64,000 nucleotides of DNA from the human T2T-CHM13v2.0 reference genome, Homo sapiens. Made by a program: the position numbers and the translations under genes. The stretch lies in NCBI RefSeq assembly GCF_009914755.1, contig NC_060938.1. The stretch is one strand, 5' to 3'. This document shows, piece after piece, positions 14,721 through 27,990 of this stretch. Under the pieces are notes generated by a model. The model saw only the letters and a program-made list of their open reading frames with translations, searched no databases and was not told where the DNA came from. Every line of letters starts with the position of its first letter. Position 1 is the stretch's first letter.

Positions 14721-17248
14721 CTGTATTGTATCTTTATTATTGTATTTTAAAATTAAATATTTTTATATATTTTTTATATATATATATTATATATATAATT
14801 TATTTGTTAAATAGCTGAATGCCTAACAGGCATAGGAGTCTTCTGCTCTAGTTGTCAGGTTCTTTACAAAACCAGAGAGCTGAATGACAGTTTTTGTTTT
14901 CCTCTTGTTTAGTATAGCATATGGTGTGTAATCTAAGAATCATTTTTAAATTCAGTCTCTTTGATGATGCAATACTAGAAATCCCTACACCCCCTTTCTA
15001 AGCCCAGAATTTGGCAGATGTCTTTCCTTCCTTCTCTTTCCTTCAGTGCTGTTAACCTAGAACTTATGCATCTGGGTAGGGATTTTCTTAATAGACTGGG
15101 ATAAATCAATACAGGCATAGAGTATGTTTCATATATGAACAAGGAAACTTTTATATTTGTCACAGTTATTTAAATATGCTTCTCCTATTAGTCAAAAACA
15201 ACTTTAAGGATTCCTCACTCAATTAAAAGCTACATCCATGATTTTTTCTTATCCAAATGCTAATCAATTTTGATATCTTAAAATATCCCCTTAAAAAATC
15301 TTTTCATTGAAATTAAATTTTTATTTCACTTTTAATATTAGTCTCCCCATATTCGTTCTATTACTCCATTTTCCTTGGCTACTTTGCTAATCAGAAGTAC
15401 CTTTCTTTAACTGCAAATGAACAAGGAAACAAAATATTATTTAAGGCAGTCCATGGTAGGTACCCAGAAATTTTTCCCTGCCACATGGCATGCGCACTTT
15501 GAGACACACTGCATGCCAGTGCATCAGACCCTAACTCCATCTTGAATCAGACAGTTAAGCATGTCCTCAAGGGGAGGCTTGAAGACAATCTACTCGGCTC
15601 CATTCATGAATAACTCAGTATTCAAGAATATAGAGAGCAAGGACTCAAAACTCTGCCCTGTACTAGATTTGTGCCAGAGGCCCTGGCTCAGACTCTTTTC
15701 AAATACGTAAAAGGCCATTATTCCATCATTTACTGATTTTTATTAGTTACCATGTGGCTCTATTGCATTTTCTGGAAAGGAAAGCTTCTTGCTGAGATAG
15801 TGATTGACGAGGCCGGTGGTTGCCTCTTGATCTGTTTCATTTAATGTGGACTTCAACAGACACCCTGCTTTTGATGACTTAAATTCTGTTACTCTCACCT
15901 TCACTCCAAGGAAGATTCTGTTTCTTCTTTGGATACTCTCTCTACTAACCATATATTGGCTCAGATATACATTAATGAAATTCCATAGAAATGTAGCTTG
16001 CTTTCTCCCTTCTGTTTTCATGCGTACTACTTCAAGGGGCCATTTAACTGGAAAATTTATACTGTATCTTGTAAAATATTGAAAAGGGAGTAAATCTCAC
16101 CCCCTTTCACAATTCCTCCACATAGCTGCCCCCAAGTATCTCACCTGCACTCCCTCTGAAGGCTTCTCTCCCTCAACTCCTAAGTTCCTCGTCCATTCCC
16201 TATGCCTCCACTCAACCTATTCCTAACAACACCTGCCCTGGCTTAAAACAACTTACTTACATGTTGCTTCATGAAATTCTCCTAACTAAACATCTACTTT
16301 GCTCATTTGCTTTTTCCCTTTGACATTGAAAGATGCTTTTTGAGCAGGTCTTAAAGAAAAACCGTAAGTCAACCTCACAAGGTTAAAAGAACAAAAAAAA
16401 AATTGTGGGAAATGGCCAGGAAAGTATTATGCCATCTAATTATCACGTGTCAAAAATCAGTACCTAAAAAGAATAGTCTCCAATGATGTTTATAAAGTAA
16501 AATAGCTCAAGACTGGTTTCCTCTAAAACTCTGTGTACAAGCTTTATTTTTCATCTTCTGTATTTGATGTGAATCAGCTGGGTGTAGGAAGTGAGGATTT
16601 TTTAAAATTTGGTTTTATTTATTTTAAGGAGGATCTTGAGTTCTTCTTTGCCCCAAATATGAGATACATGAGAAAAATTAAAATCAGCTCCATGAAAAGG
16701 CAAGGAAGAGATTAGAGATACCAGATGATTGGAGAGGGAGATATCTATTTTATAGATGTGTGTAAGGTAAAGTGGAAAATAAAGACTTATAAGTTCTTTA
16801 TAAAACATATGAGACAGGAGAAATTTAGGTGGAGGACAGCATAGAAGACACATACATTTTAAATTTATAGGCAGGAAGTCTCTTTCTAATTTTTAAATGA
16901 GCAAAAAAGGCAAAGGGAAAATCAAGAATAAATTCTAGCAGGAAAAATGGCAGCACTCTGAGTTTTAGAGGAATGCAACAAATTACTGTGAGAGGTAATA
17001 AGACTGTTTTGGGGAAATAGAATAATGAGTTATTTTCACGAACTGAATTTTCTAAATTGAATGTGATGACTGGTAATAATTGATGATTAATGGTTCAGTG
17101 CTTTGCACCTTCTAAGCACTTAATAAATATGACTGATTGACTGATATGTCACTTACAAATACAGAATAACAGTTACGAAGCAATTATACAAGCAATACGT
17201 GACTGGAAAAGCTTAATGCATCTGAAGATCCTACTAAAATAGAAACTA

Positions 17249-17509
<261 letters not shown>

Positions 17510-17717
17510 TCATGTGAAAAAAATACAAATATTTGCTAAATCAATGAATAATTTGACAGAGACATCCTTATAAACTTGCAGGGGTAAATACATGTTGAAC
17601 TCTGAGAAGACTGCCTGACACCTGGTATTCACTCAGAAAACATTACCTGCAGTAGGAGAAACATGACTTTATGAGCATGCAGAGCTCTAGTCAACATGAC
17701 AAAATGTAAGAGTCATC

Positions 17718-17786
17718 TTTTCTGAAGAATCAGATGATCCAAAGTTATAATTTTCTGAAGAATCAGATGATCCAAAGTTATAATTT
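17718..17786. repeat. Perfect 33-bp tandem duplication
   Basis: ttttctgaagaatcagatgatccaaagttataa at 17718-17750 and 17751-17783. Confidence 0.97.
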
Positions 17787-19669
17787 AGCCTAAGAAATTC
17801 TATTTGTTAGTAGATTAAAGTTATCCTCCACTTTGTCCTCCTGAATGAAGCCTAATCAATTTAAATTCTTCAGGGATTGATGATCCAGTTTAGAAACATA
17901 TGCTCTTTCTCACTGCCTGCTCCTTCCAATTTTTGGAATACCTCCCTGGTTATAAATATTTTTGACAGAACATCAGAAATTTAGGGAGTGGAGACAAATT
18001 AATGTGCTTCATGTTTAGAAGGTTCTGAAGATAAAGAGGTTTGGAGTTTTTAGCCAAAATAAAACTTTGGCAATGCCGAGAAATTCCAGTTATTAAATTC
18101 ATGTAATTATTCCAGTGATTTTTTTTATTCCATCATTTTAATTAAATGTAAAGTTAGCCCACTGACAATTGTCATTCATCTACAGGGGACTACAGGTGGT
18201 ATAGGGTATTTCAAAGCCCCAACTGCTCCCTCCTCCTCAATCCATAATTCACCAACTCTTCTTTCTCCAGACCTAGTCAGGCTATTAATGCTGACAGGAT
18301 CCTACAAAAGCTTATTTAGGGTACAGTTCAGCCTAAACTGAACAAACTTCCAATCTTCAATAGCACACTACCCGCAACTTCCCTGCCCCTCTGGTTTCAC
18401 TCTCTTGTTAACTGGAATCTTTTTTGAAAAGGGGGCAGTACTTTATTCACCTTAATGTTCAGTACACAGGCATTTCATAAGCATTTCACAAGTAAGTAGA
18501 CTCACAGGCAACGATAATTTCCATCCTACATCCTCCAAGCATTTGAAAAATGACTGTAAACAAAATATAGGCTGTTTCACTTTGCAGTTTCATCAGCCAA
18601 ATCCCATTTGATGGAAGTGGTATAAAATCAAGCTAGTGAAGCAACTTAAGATCTTTAATATACTGCTTTTAGAAAATTATTTGTTTTCTTCAAGAAGAGC
18701 TGTTCTCCTCTGAGTATAACAAATTACAATTTCACAACAGAAAGCTATTATTTTAAAAAAATGTAGTCAGTTTTTCTGCTATTATTTGATGCCAGTGCAG
18801 GACAATTTTTTAAGACAGATTTTTAAGACAGATTTTGTTAGACCTGTGTAGGAGGAATACAGTGTTGACATTTCCCAAGTGAGTCTTTATACCTTTCAAT
18901 ATTCATATTTAAAAACAAAAAAATTATCATTTTGTCAGTCTTTCAACGTCCTGTGTGCATATATTTATTTTAATAGTTCAAAATAAATGTGTTTATCTTT
19001 AATGTATCAGTTTTCCATGTTGAAATGAAGAGGTTACTAGGATTCTGGTTATAGTATCCTGAGATCTTGATTCTATAAAGAATTATGAAGTTTATTAAAA
19101 GATATAGAGTTCTTTCCTAAAAAAAAAAAAAAAAACTAAAGGTAATCACAGACTTAACATCTCTATTCCACCATTGTAGCTATTAAGAAAAACAAACAGA
19201 AATAAGGTTAACAAATTAATGATAGCAGAATCATCTAACAAATATGGAATTTTACATTTTCAGAAAAGAGAAATAAGAAAATTTTAAATTTTTAAAATAA
19301 TGAGTATTTAGGGGTTAATGAAATAATGCTGCAATTACGATTTTTAGTAGTGCTCAGCTATCATAAATTGTCAATAAATGTCACAGAACTATCTATTATT
19401 TTGACATGTTTAACTTGTTTGGCTCTCTAAGATGCTTGCGATATGCTACATTTGCCAAATGTCTTATTACTGCCTTCTAGTTTAACAAATTACGACACAT
19501 TTCATCTTTTAGGGTACATTAAATGTACACACAAAATATATTCTGCTCATATAAAAGTTTAAGACAAAATATGAAGAACCTGCTAATGTATTAAAAGTCT
19601 GCAGCACTAATAAGTGAAGAATTATCAACATCCCATTAAGTTTGGCCTATTATAAAAATATCCATTTTG

Positions 19670-19940
19670 TTCATTTTTCACTTTCATTATTTTATGAACA
19701 CATAATACTTATACATATTTATGAGGTACAATGATATCTTGATATAAGCATATAATGTATAATGATCAAATCAGGGTAATTGGTTATCATTTCTTTGTGT
19801 TAGGAACATTCCAGTTCCACTCTTCCAGTTCTCAGGCAATTTACAATCAATTATTATTACCCATAGTTGCCCTATTGTGCTACTGAACCTGGATCTTACT
19901 TGTATTTTTGTACCCATTAACCAACTGCTCTTTATCCCTC
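19670..19940 (-). mobile_element. L1MA 3'UTR fragment
   Basis: 'tgtataatgatcaaatcagggtaattgg' and 'gtacccattaacca'. Confidence 0.75.
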
Positions 19941-20039
19941 ACTGCTTCTCATTTTCATGTGAATGTAGGGTCCCTACATCAGATAAGACTAAACAAGATA
20001 ATAATTTAAAGTCAGAGATTCAATTGTATGTTTACATTT

Positions 20040-20310
20040 TTGTAATTTTATTTTGAAATAATTTTAGACTCAAAAGAAGTTGCAGAAATACTGCAGAAAG
20101 CTTGCATTGCCCACATGCAGCTTCTCGCAAGGATGACATCCTACACAATTATAGTAATATATCAAAACCAGGAAACTGATAATGGCACAGTACAATTAAC
20201 CAAACTAGAGAGCTTTTTTTTTTGGCCAGTTTTTCTTTTTTTCGTATGCACTTGTTTCTTCGGTGTATAGTTTTATAAAATTTTATCACATATATAGATT
20301 CATGTCATTT
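20040..20310 (-). mobile_element. L1MC-type 3' end fragment
   Basis: 'tttattttgaaataattttagactc...gaagttgca' and 'atcaaaaccaggaaactga'. Confidence 0.7.
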
Positions 20311-21071
20311 ACATATATTTTTAAAAAGAGAAATCACTTCTTCCTTATGAATATCTTCAATCTTGAGTCTGGAATACATTTCAAAAGAGATAATGTGACA
20401 GCATGTATGATACTCCAGCAAGCAACAACAGCACTGCCTGAACAAATGGGCACATCTTTAATGAGAGAGGCCTTGGAGCATGACACACAATAATGAGGGA
20501 AACTGATCTCAGTAGAAGCTCCCTCTAAACTGCTAACTCTCAAAATAATACCTCCCTCCCATATTACAGACATACCTATCTTCTTGGATGTCTAATCATT
20601 ATTTGGATCTAACACATCCGAAAAGAAACTCAGTCTATAGCACCCTCTCTCCAACAGCCAAATGCACTTTTCACCTCTGCAAACAGCAAAGCCATACCTA
20701 GTTGCTCAGATCAAAAACCTCAAAGTTATTCTTAAATCCATTCTTTGATTCATCTCCTATATCTGATCCATCAACAATTCCTGTTGGCTTTACCTTCAAC
20801 GTATAGCTTCAATTCAATCACTTCTCACTACCTCTACCAGCATCCTTGCAGTCTCTAAGAGTGCGTGTCTTTGGACCAATTACTAAACCTCCGTTGGCCT
20901 CTATGTCCTCACTTAGAACTTTAAAATTACACTGGAATCTTCACAAAAGGGTTGCGCTAAATGAGATAACGCATATAAAAAAGTATAAAAAAAGAGTCTA
21001 GTAGCGACTAGGTATCCAGAAATGCTATGCATCATTATCACCACAAAATCATTTCCCAAACAAAAAGAATA

Positions 21072-21074
<3 letters not shown>

Positions 21075-21110
<36 letters not shown>

Positions 21111-21144
21111 TATATATATATATATATATATCATATATATATAT
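21075..21144. repeat. Interrupted (TA)n microsatellite
   Basis: Seen directly in the sequence. Confidence 0.97.
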
Positions 21145-21378
21145 AATCTTGGCCACATATAATCATAGCACTGCCTCTTCCACTAGCCATCACTCCTATC
21201 AGTCTTCTCTTCATTCCCTCTGCTTCAGTATACATCTTCTTGATGCTGATCAAACAACCTAAACTAACTCATTCTTCAGAGCCCCTTTACTAGCTGTTCC
21301 TTGAACACTCTTCTCCATGATCCTCACTTGGTCTGTTTCCGCTCCTCATTCAGGTCTCTGCTCAAAACCTGACTCATC

Positions 21379-21693
<315 letters not shown>

Positions 21694-22519
21694 TCATTCA
21701 TCACTGAGGCCTTCCCTGACCATGCTGTCTAAACATCCTCTTCCCTCACTATCACTATCCACCTCCTTACTATGCTTTATCATAATTTATCACTACTTTA
21801 ACTTACATTACTTATTTATTTATTTATTTATTCATTTATTATCCATCTTTTCCCCTAGGAATGCAAATTCCAAGAGGGCAGGTGTGGGCCTGGTCCTTTT
21901 GGCTCACTGCTGTATTTTCCCAATATAGACCAGTTCCTAGAACATGGCAAGTGTTCAAATATTTTTTTCCTGTAAATTCACACACCAAAAACTAAAAAAC
22001 AGTTTTTCAGAAACATTTTATTTTCATATCAAAATCTTACTACCAGTGTTATAAATATACAGAAGGAATATACACTGTTAAGGCAGGTAGGGGAGTGAAA
22101 CATTTAAAGGCTAAGGTTATTCATGTCCTAACCATATTAAGGTAAAAATAAATTGGAAGTTCCATTGTCATTCATTGAACATGAATTCCCATGGTCTGGC
22201 CAGTTTTGTCAGTTTTATAGAGACCCCTTACATTATTTTACCTTTTAAATGAAGGTATCATATAGTCAATCCATGTACTTTACTGTTAATAGTAATAATT
22301 AGGTTAATTTGTGACAATTTCATAAGGGTCTTTTTATATGCTCTCCTGCAGACTTACAGACTTCAGATAACTGCTAATTGTGCAAGCTAATCATACTTAA
22401 GGTCTTAGTAAATCTGGCATACATACCAGCAAATGCCTTACATAGAAAGTCTTATATTTTTCTTATTCACCACAAAAGGATTATTTTGAAGATAATTATG
22501 ACACACAAAAGATGGAATA

Positions 22520-23240
22520 TAGACCTTGCCTCTCAATGGAAGGGGTCAGAAATTCTTTGAGAACTCTTCCATTGAGAGGCAAGGTCTATATTCTGATCCC
22601 TTGAATGTAGGCATACCCTATGACTCTTTGACCACTAGAATATTGTGACCATGATTTTGTGCCAATGTCTAGGCCCAGAGGCCTTACAAAACTAGAAACT
22701 TCTAATTCCTCACTATTGAAACACCTGCTCTTGGAATCTAGTTTTCATGCTGTGAGGAAGCCCGAGCATTTTTCTGGAGAGGCCCACATAGAGAAGAATA
22801 AAGGCCCCTGGCCAATAGCTTTGGCTGAACTCCCAGCTAAGCACTGGCCATAGCTGAGCAATTTACAATATTGATGTGAGTATACATTTCTGGTTAACAC
22901 TTACGACTATGTAGGTGGTTCGACCATTCCGTTTTTTCTTTTCATATTCATGATATTTAATAATGATACTTAAGAAATAAAACAAAATGTTCCATCAGTC
23001 TGTGATTGTATGTGCAGGATACAGCTTGAGAACATCAGCCTACCAGCCATGTGGCTGAGTCAACTAAGTAGTTTTCAGGACCATTGAAGCCATCCTAGCT
23101 GATACCACATGAACTTGAAATAAGTCATACCCTCATAGCCCTGTGCAAATTGTAGATTCATGAATAAAATAAATAATTATTCTTTTCTTAAGCCACTAAA
23201 TGTGATTAGTTATGTAACTATGATCAATTTAACGTTAATA
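22520..23240 (+). mobile_element. MLT1 (ERVL-MaLR) solo LTR, interrupted at about 22843-23035
   Basis: 'tgaccactagaat', 'catgctgtgaggaagccc', 'gagaggcccacatagaga', 'ccagccatgtg' and 'taagccactaaa'. Confidence 0.75.
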
Positions 23241-25054
23241 ACACAGAGTGGTTCTCAATTGGGCAGAGGTCCTGGAGGAGGAGGGTAGTGAGTCCTTTAT
23301 GACACACATCACAGCCCAAGAGAATACTCTGAAGAACAATTTTTAATATGTAATATAGTTTTATATTTTAAAATGGAAAAATGCCTTTTTATAATATGAA
23401 CATTAAAGACATGAAAGAATACACAATGTTATCAAAAAGAGACAGGTCAGAAGATTGAACAATGTTATAACTCATCACAGACATCACTATTCATTCAAGC
23501 ATTGCTGAATTTAGTAGATATTTATTTGACACCTATTATATGCCAGCCACTATACCAACCTCTGGGAACACAATGATAAAAAAGACAGACATAATCCCCA
23601 CCCTCCAGTAGTATCCACTCCTCCCTATAGAAAACTATTCATCCTTAATTCTCCCAAATTATATTCTTTGAAAGAAGATGAATCTTTCTCTTTTTATAGT
23701 TTATAAAAATTCATATAGCCAATCTAAGCATATAAACAATATAGTTTATTTCTCAGGGTTAAACAATTTGTAGAGTCAAAGAAAAATCATGTTAAGCTAA
23801 TTAACTGTAACCTGGCCTTCACTCTTATAAATTGCTCATGATAAGAGATCAAATAGTGATATTCAGGTCTCTAAAAAAATGTGGTCCAGTTATTTCGTTT
23901 GCTCATTAGGTCAAGCTGCATCTCTCCATCTCCTTATTAGTAATTTTTCCTTCTTAGATATTATATTTTGTGCCCCTCCATAATGATAACCAGTACTAAC
24001 TTTTCCTAATTATCTTCCTTTTATAAATCTTGCCAAGTGATATTGGCCTTAGGCTAAGCAGTTTAAACTATTGATATGATAATGCATTGGCAGTAACGCT
24101 TAAGGCCTCATAGGTGATCCAACCATCATTTTCTACTTTTATTTCTATTCATTAAAGTTCACCTTTAATAATGACATTTATGATGTGGAAGGAAAATGTT
24201 CCAGCAATCTGTGATCATCTGTGTAGCACACAGCTTGTTAAAACATTTGAAATGGCTCCGGTTGGCCTTAGCACAAAGTGGAGAAGCTCATCTTCAGAAA
24301 CTTCCAGTTTCCAAGTTGCTCTCCTTCCATCTCTCTCATAATGGCTCCTGGCTTCGCTGGATGCTCTTTTGCAGTGACCCATATATGTAGGCACCCTCTA
24401 TGCATCTGCTACGAGCCAGGCAATTTCTATTTTCCAATCTTCACTTAATCTACACCCCATTCCATCTAGTATCTGGGCTGTGCCAACTGTTTTGTTAGAA
24501 ACTGGTCTCATCAATAACTTTAAGTGTTAAATACTGAAAACTATTTGACGCATTTTCCCTCTAAGAGATGCTGGAATTTGGAAAGGGAAATTCCAAGTGA
24601 TACAGTGAGTTGACTGAATCACTATTTGAATGAACTGTCAACTAGTAGAATTAGTTAGGACACAGCAGGATCACTTTTGGAACTTACCAAATTTTAGTAT
24701 AATATTGGATAGATGTCACCTATCTTAGAGCTGATCCTGTGATTACCATAACTGACTTTGTCAAAATAGCCCCAATAATTACATGGCAACGACTATTGAT
24801 ATTATTTCCTATATGCCCTAAAGAACCACTTAACTTTAGAAAGTTAATCACAAACCTGCATTAATCAATTACTAATGTAACAAAGATGGAAGAAATGGAG
24901 AGAGGAAGAGGAATGAAGGGAAAGATGTGGGAAGATTGTTTACTTGAAAAAATTATAAGAAATTAACATAACAGTAAAAACAAAGAATCAAAGTATTCAG
25001 ATGGCTTGATCTCCACTTTATCCTTCTATGATAGTTATTCTCTTTTAAGCTAAG

Positions 25055-25519
25055 TGTATTAGTCAGTGTTCTTTAGAGGGACAGAACTAATAGGATATAT
25101 CTTCACTTAATATTAATCTTAATATATAAAGGGAAGTTTATTAAGTGTTAACTCACATGATCATAAGGTCCCACAATAGGCCATCTGCAAACTGAGGAGC
25201 AAGAAGAGCCAACCCGAGTCCCAAAACTGAAGAACTTGGAGTCTGATGTTCAATGGCAGGAAGCATCCATCATGGGAGAAAGATGCAGGCTGGGAGGCTA
25301 GGCCAGTCTAATCTTTTTATGTTTTTCTGCCTGTTTTATATTCTAGCTGCACTGGCAGCTGATTAGATGGTGCCCACCCAGATTATGGGTGGGTCTACCC
25401 TTCCCAGTCCACTGACTCAAATGTTAAACTCCTTTGGCAACACCCTCACAGACATACCCAGGATCAATACTTTGCATCCTTCAATCTAATCAAGGTGACA
25501 CTCATTATTACCCATCACA
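25055..25519 (-). mobile_element. MLT2A1-type LTR (3' LTR of a HERV-L)
   Basis: The minus strand starts TGTGATGGGTAATAATGAGTGTCACCTTGATTAGATTGAAGGATGCAAAGTATTGATCCTGGG and ends ...GACTAATACA, about 465 bp, preceded by a polypurine tract. Confidence 0.9.
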
Positions 25520-27990
25520 AGTCCACTCCTTGTCAACTTGAACCCATATACATCTCCTGAGATCATAATCTTCAAATAAAGACAATAATAAAGTCATAAT
25601 TACACCTAATATAATACAACTATCCTTTGTACAACCAGAAACACACCAATCCCCAACCCAAATACTATTAAAGTTAACAATACTTAAATGCTGATATGAA
25701 GTCAACATGATAAAGAAAAAAAAAAGGAAATAAAATGAAGATATTTTCTTAGTACAAGTATATACATGCACAAACACGTTTTTCACAAAAGGAGGAAATA
25801 CTGATGACAATTACAGCCCTCATTTCTGCAGCTGGTCAGATGGCAGTAGCTGGTATTGATGACTACCTTCTACTACCCATTCTGTAGTCCTTTTGCCTTC
25901 AGCAAGCACTTCAGCAGGTCGTGTTTTTTCCTGGTGGAGTGACCCAAACCTTCATTCCTGAAGAGTCTGAGTCATTTGTAGTCCTGCCTGGATTGGGTTG
26001 TTGTAGTTTCCCATTGACCTTAATCACAGGGCATGGTAATACTAAGAGATGCCCTAATGGATCTCCTGTATTCCATGCATACTGTTCCTTACCTCCACTA
26101 GGGAGTAGTAAACTAATTTCATCTTGAAAGTGTGGGACAATCACCCAAGCCAACACTGTATCTCCCTTCTTAGCCTGTTGACTTAAAGGTAGGAAGAGCC
26201 CAAAGTGTCCAGGTGGCAATCTTAACTTCCAGTTTAATGGAATCTTTGTTGTGTCTCCTGGCTCCTCCCTCTGGAACCAAGACCTCTAGGTCAGCAGAAT
26301 GTAATATCGCAGGAACAGGAAGTGAAAATTTTGCTAGTGGATCCCTAGGGGTGATGGTGAATGGTGCCACTTCCACTTCCACCCCTTAATTACTAGACCC
26401 ATGAATCTTGGCTATGGGAGAAACAATACCATATATCGGATGCTGATTCAGAGCATACATGGCCTTCTGGAGAACTCTGGCCAAGACCTGCAAAGTATTA
26501 TCACCTAATTGGCATTGTAATTCTGACTTCAAAAGACCATTCCACCATTCTATTCATCCAGCTGCCTCAGGACGATGGGGAACATGGTAAGACCAGTGAA
26601 TTCCATGAACATGAGCCCACTGCCACACTTCTTTAGCTGTAAAGTGAGTGCCTTGGTCAGAGGCAATGCTGTATGGAATACCATGATGGAGGATAAGGCA
26701 TTCCATGAGTCCATGGATGGTAGTTTTGGCAGAAGCACTGCATGCAGGATAGGCAAACCTATACCTGGAGTAAGTGTCTATTCCAGTGAGGACAAACCTC
26801 TGCCCTTTCCATGATGGAAGAGTTCCAATATAATCAACCTGCCACCAGGTAGCGGGCTGATTACCCAGAGTAATGGTGCCATATCGAGGGCTCGGTGTTG
26901 GTCTCTGTTGCTGGCAAATTGGACGCTCAGCAGTGGCCATAGCCAGATCAGCCTTGGTGAGTGGAAGTCCATGTTGCTGAGCCCATGCATAACCTCCATC
27001 CCTGCCACCATGGCCACTTTGTTCATGGGCGATGACGGGGTGGCTGGGGAAAGAGGCCAAGGGGTGTCCACACAACAAGTCATCCTATCCACTTGATTAT
27101 TAAAGTCTTCTCCTGCTGAGGTCACCTGTTGGTGAGCACTCACATGAGCTACAAATATCTTCACAGTTTTTGACCACTCAAAAAAGTCCATCCACATACC
27201 TCTTCCCCAAATTTCTTTGTCACCAATTTTCCAAACATGCTTCTTTCAAGTCCCTGACCATCCAGCCAAACCACTGGCTACAGCCCATGAATCAGTACAT
27301 AATCGCGCATCTGGCCATTTCTCCTTCCATGCAAAGTGCATAACCAGGTGGCCTGCTTGAAGTTCTGCCCACTGGGAAGACTTCCCTTCACTGCTGTCCT
27401 TCAGGGAGGTCCTAGAAAGGGGCTGTAGTGCTGCAGCTGTCCACTTTCGGGTGATACCTGCATACCATGCAGAACCATCTGTGAATCAGGCCCTAGTCTT
27501 CTCTTCCTCTGTAAACTGATCATAGGGAACTCCCCATGAGGCCACCGGTGCAGGCTGGGGAAGAGAAGGCAGGGTGGCAGGAATGGAGACCATGGGCATT
27601 TGAGACACTTCTTCATGTAACTTACTTATGCCTTCAAGACTTGCTTGAGTCGGATCACATATATATCACTTCCATTTGATGATAGAATGCTGCTGTGCAT
27701 GACTCACTTTATGACTGGATAGGTCAGAAAGCACCCAGTTCATGATAGACAGTTTAGGTTGCACAGTGACTTGATTACCCATAGTCAAATGTTCAGTTTC
27801 CACCAAAGCCCAGTAACAGGCTAAGAGCTGTCTCTCAAAAGGAGAGTAGTTATCTGCAGAAGACGGCAGGGCCTTGCTCCAAAATCCTAGAGGCCTCCAC
27901 TGTGATTCATCTATGGGGGCCTGCCAAAGGCTCCAAACAGCATCCCTATCTACCATTGACACCTCAAGCACCATTGGATCTGCTCAGTCA
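25520..27990 (-). mobile_element. HERV-L internal region: decayed pol tether/RNase H, integrase and dUTPase; 5' half missing
   Basis: ORF 26554-27078 has an HHCC-like HEQSGH..PIC, WQVDYIG, IDTYS and IASDQGTHF (integrase). ORF 25911-26219 is dUTPase-like. ORF 27666-27974 has PLGFWSK..YSPFERQLLA. Multiple frameshifts. Confidence 0.92.

Noticed and set aside
18806-18836. 13-bp tandem repeat tttttaagacaga
   Set aside because: An ordinary slippage duplication.
25911-27974. Integrase and dUTPase ORFs as functional genes
   Set aside because: Frameshifted HERV-L remnants with degenerate motifs.
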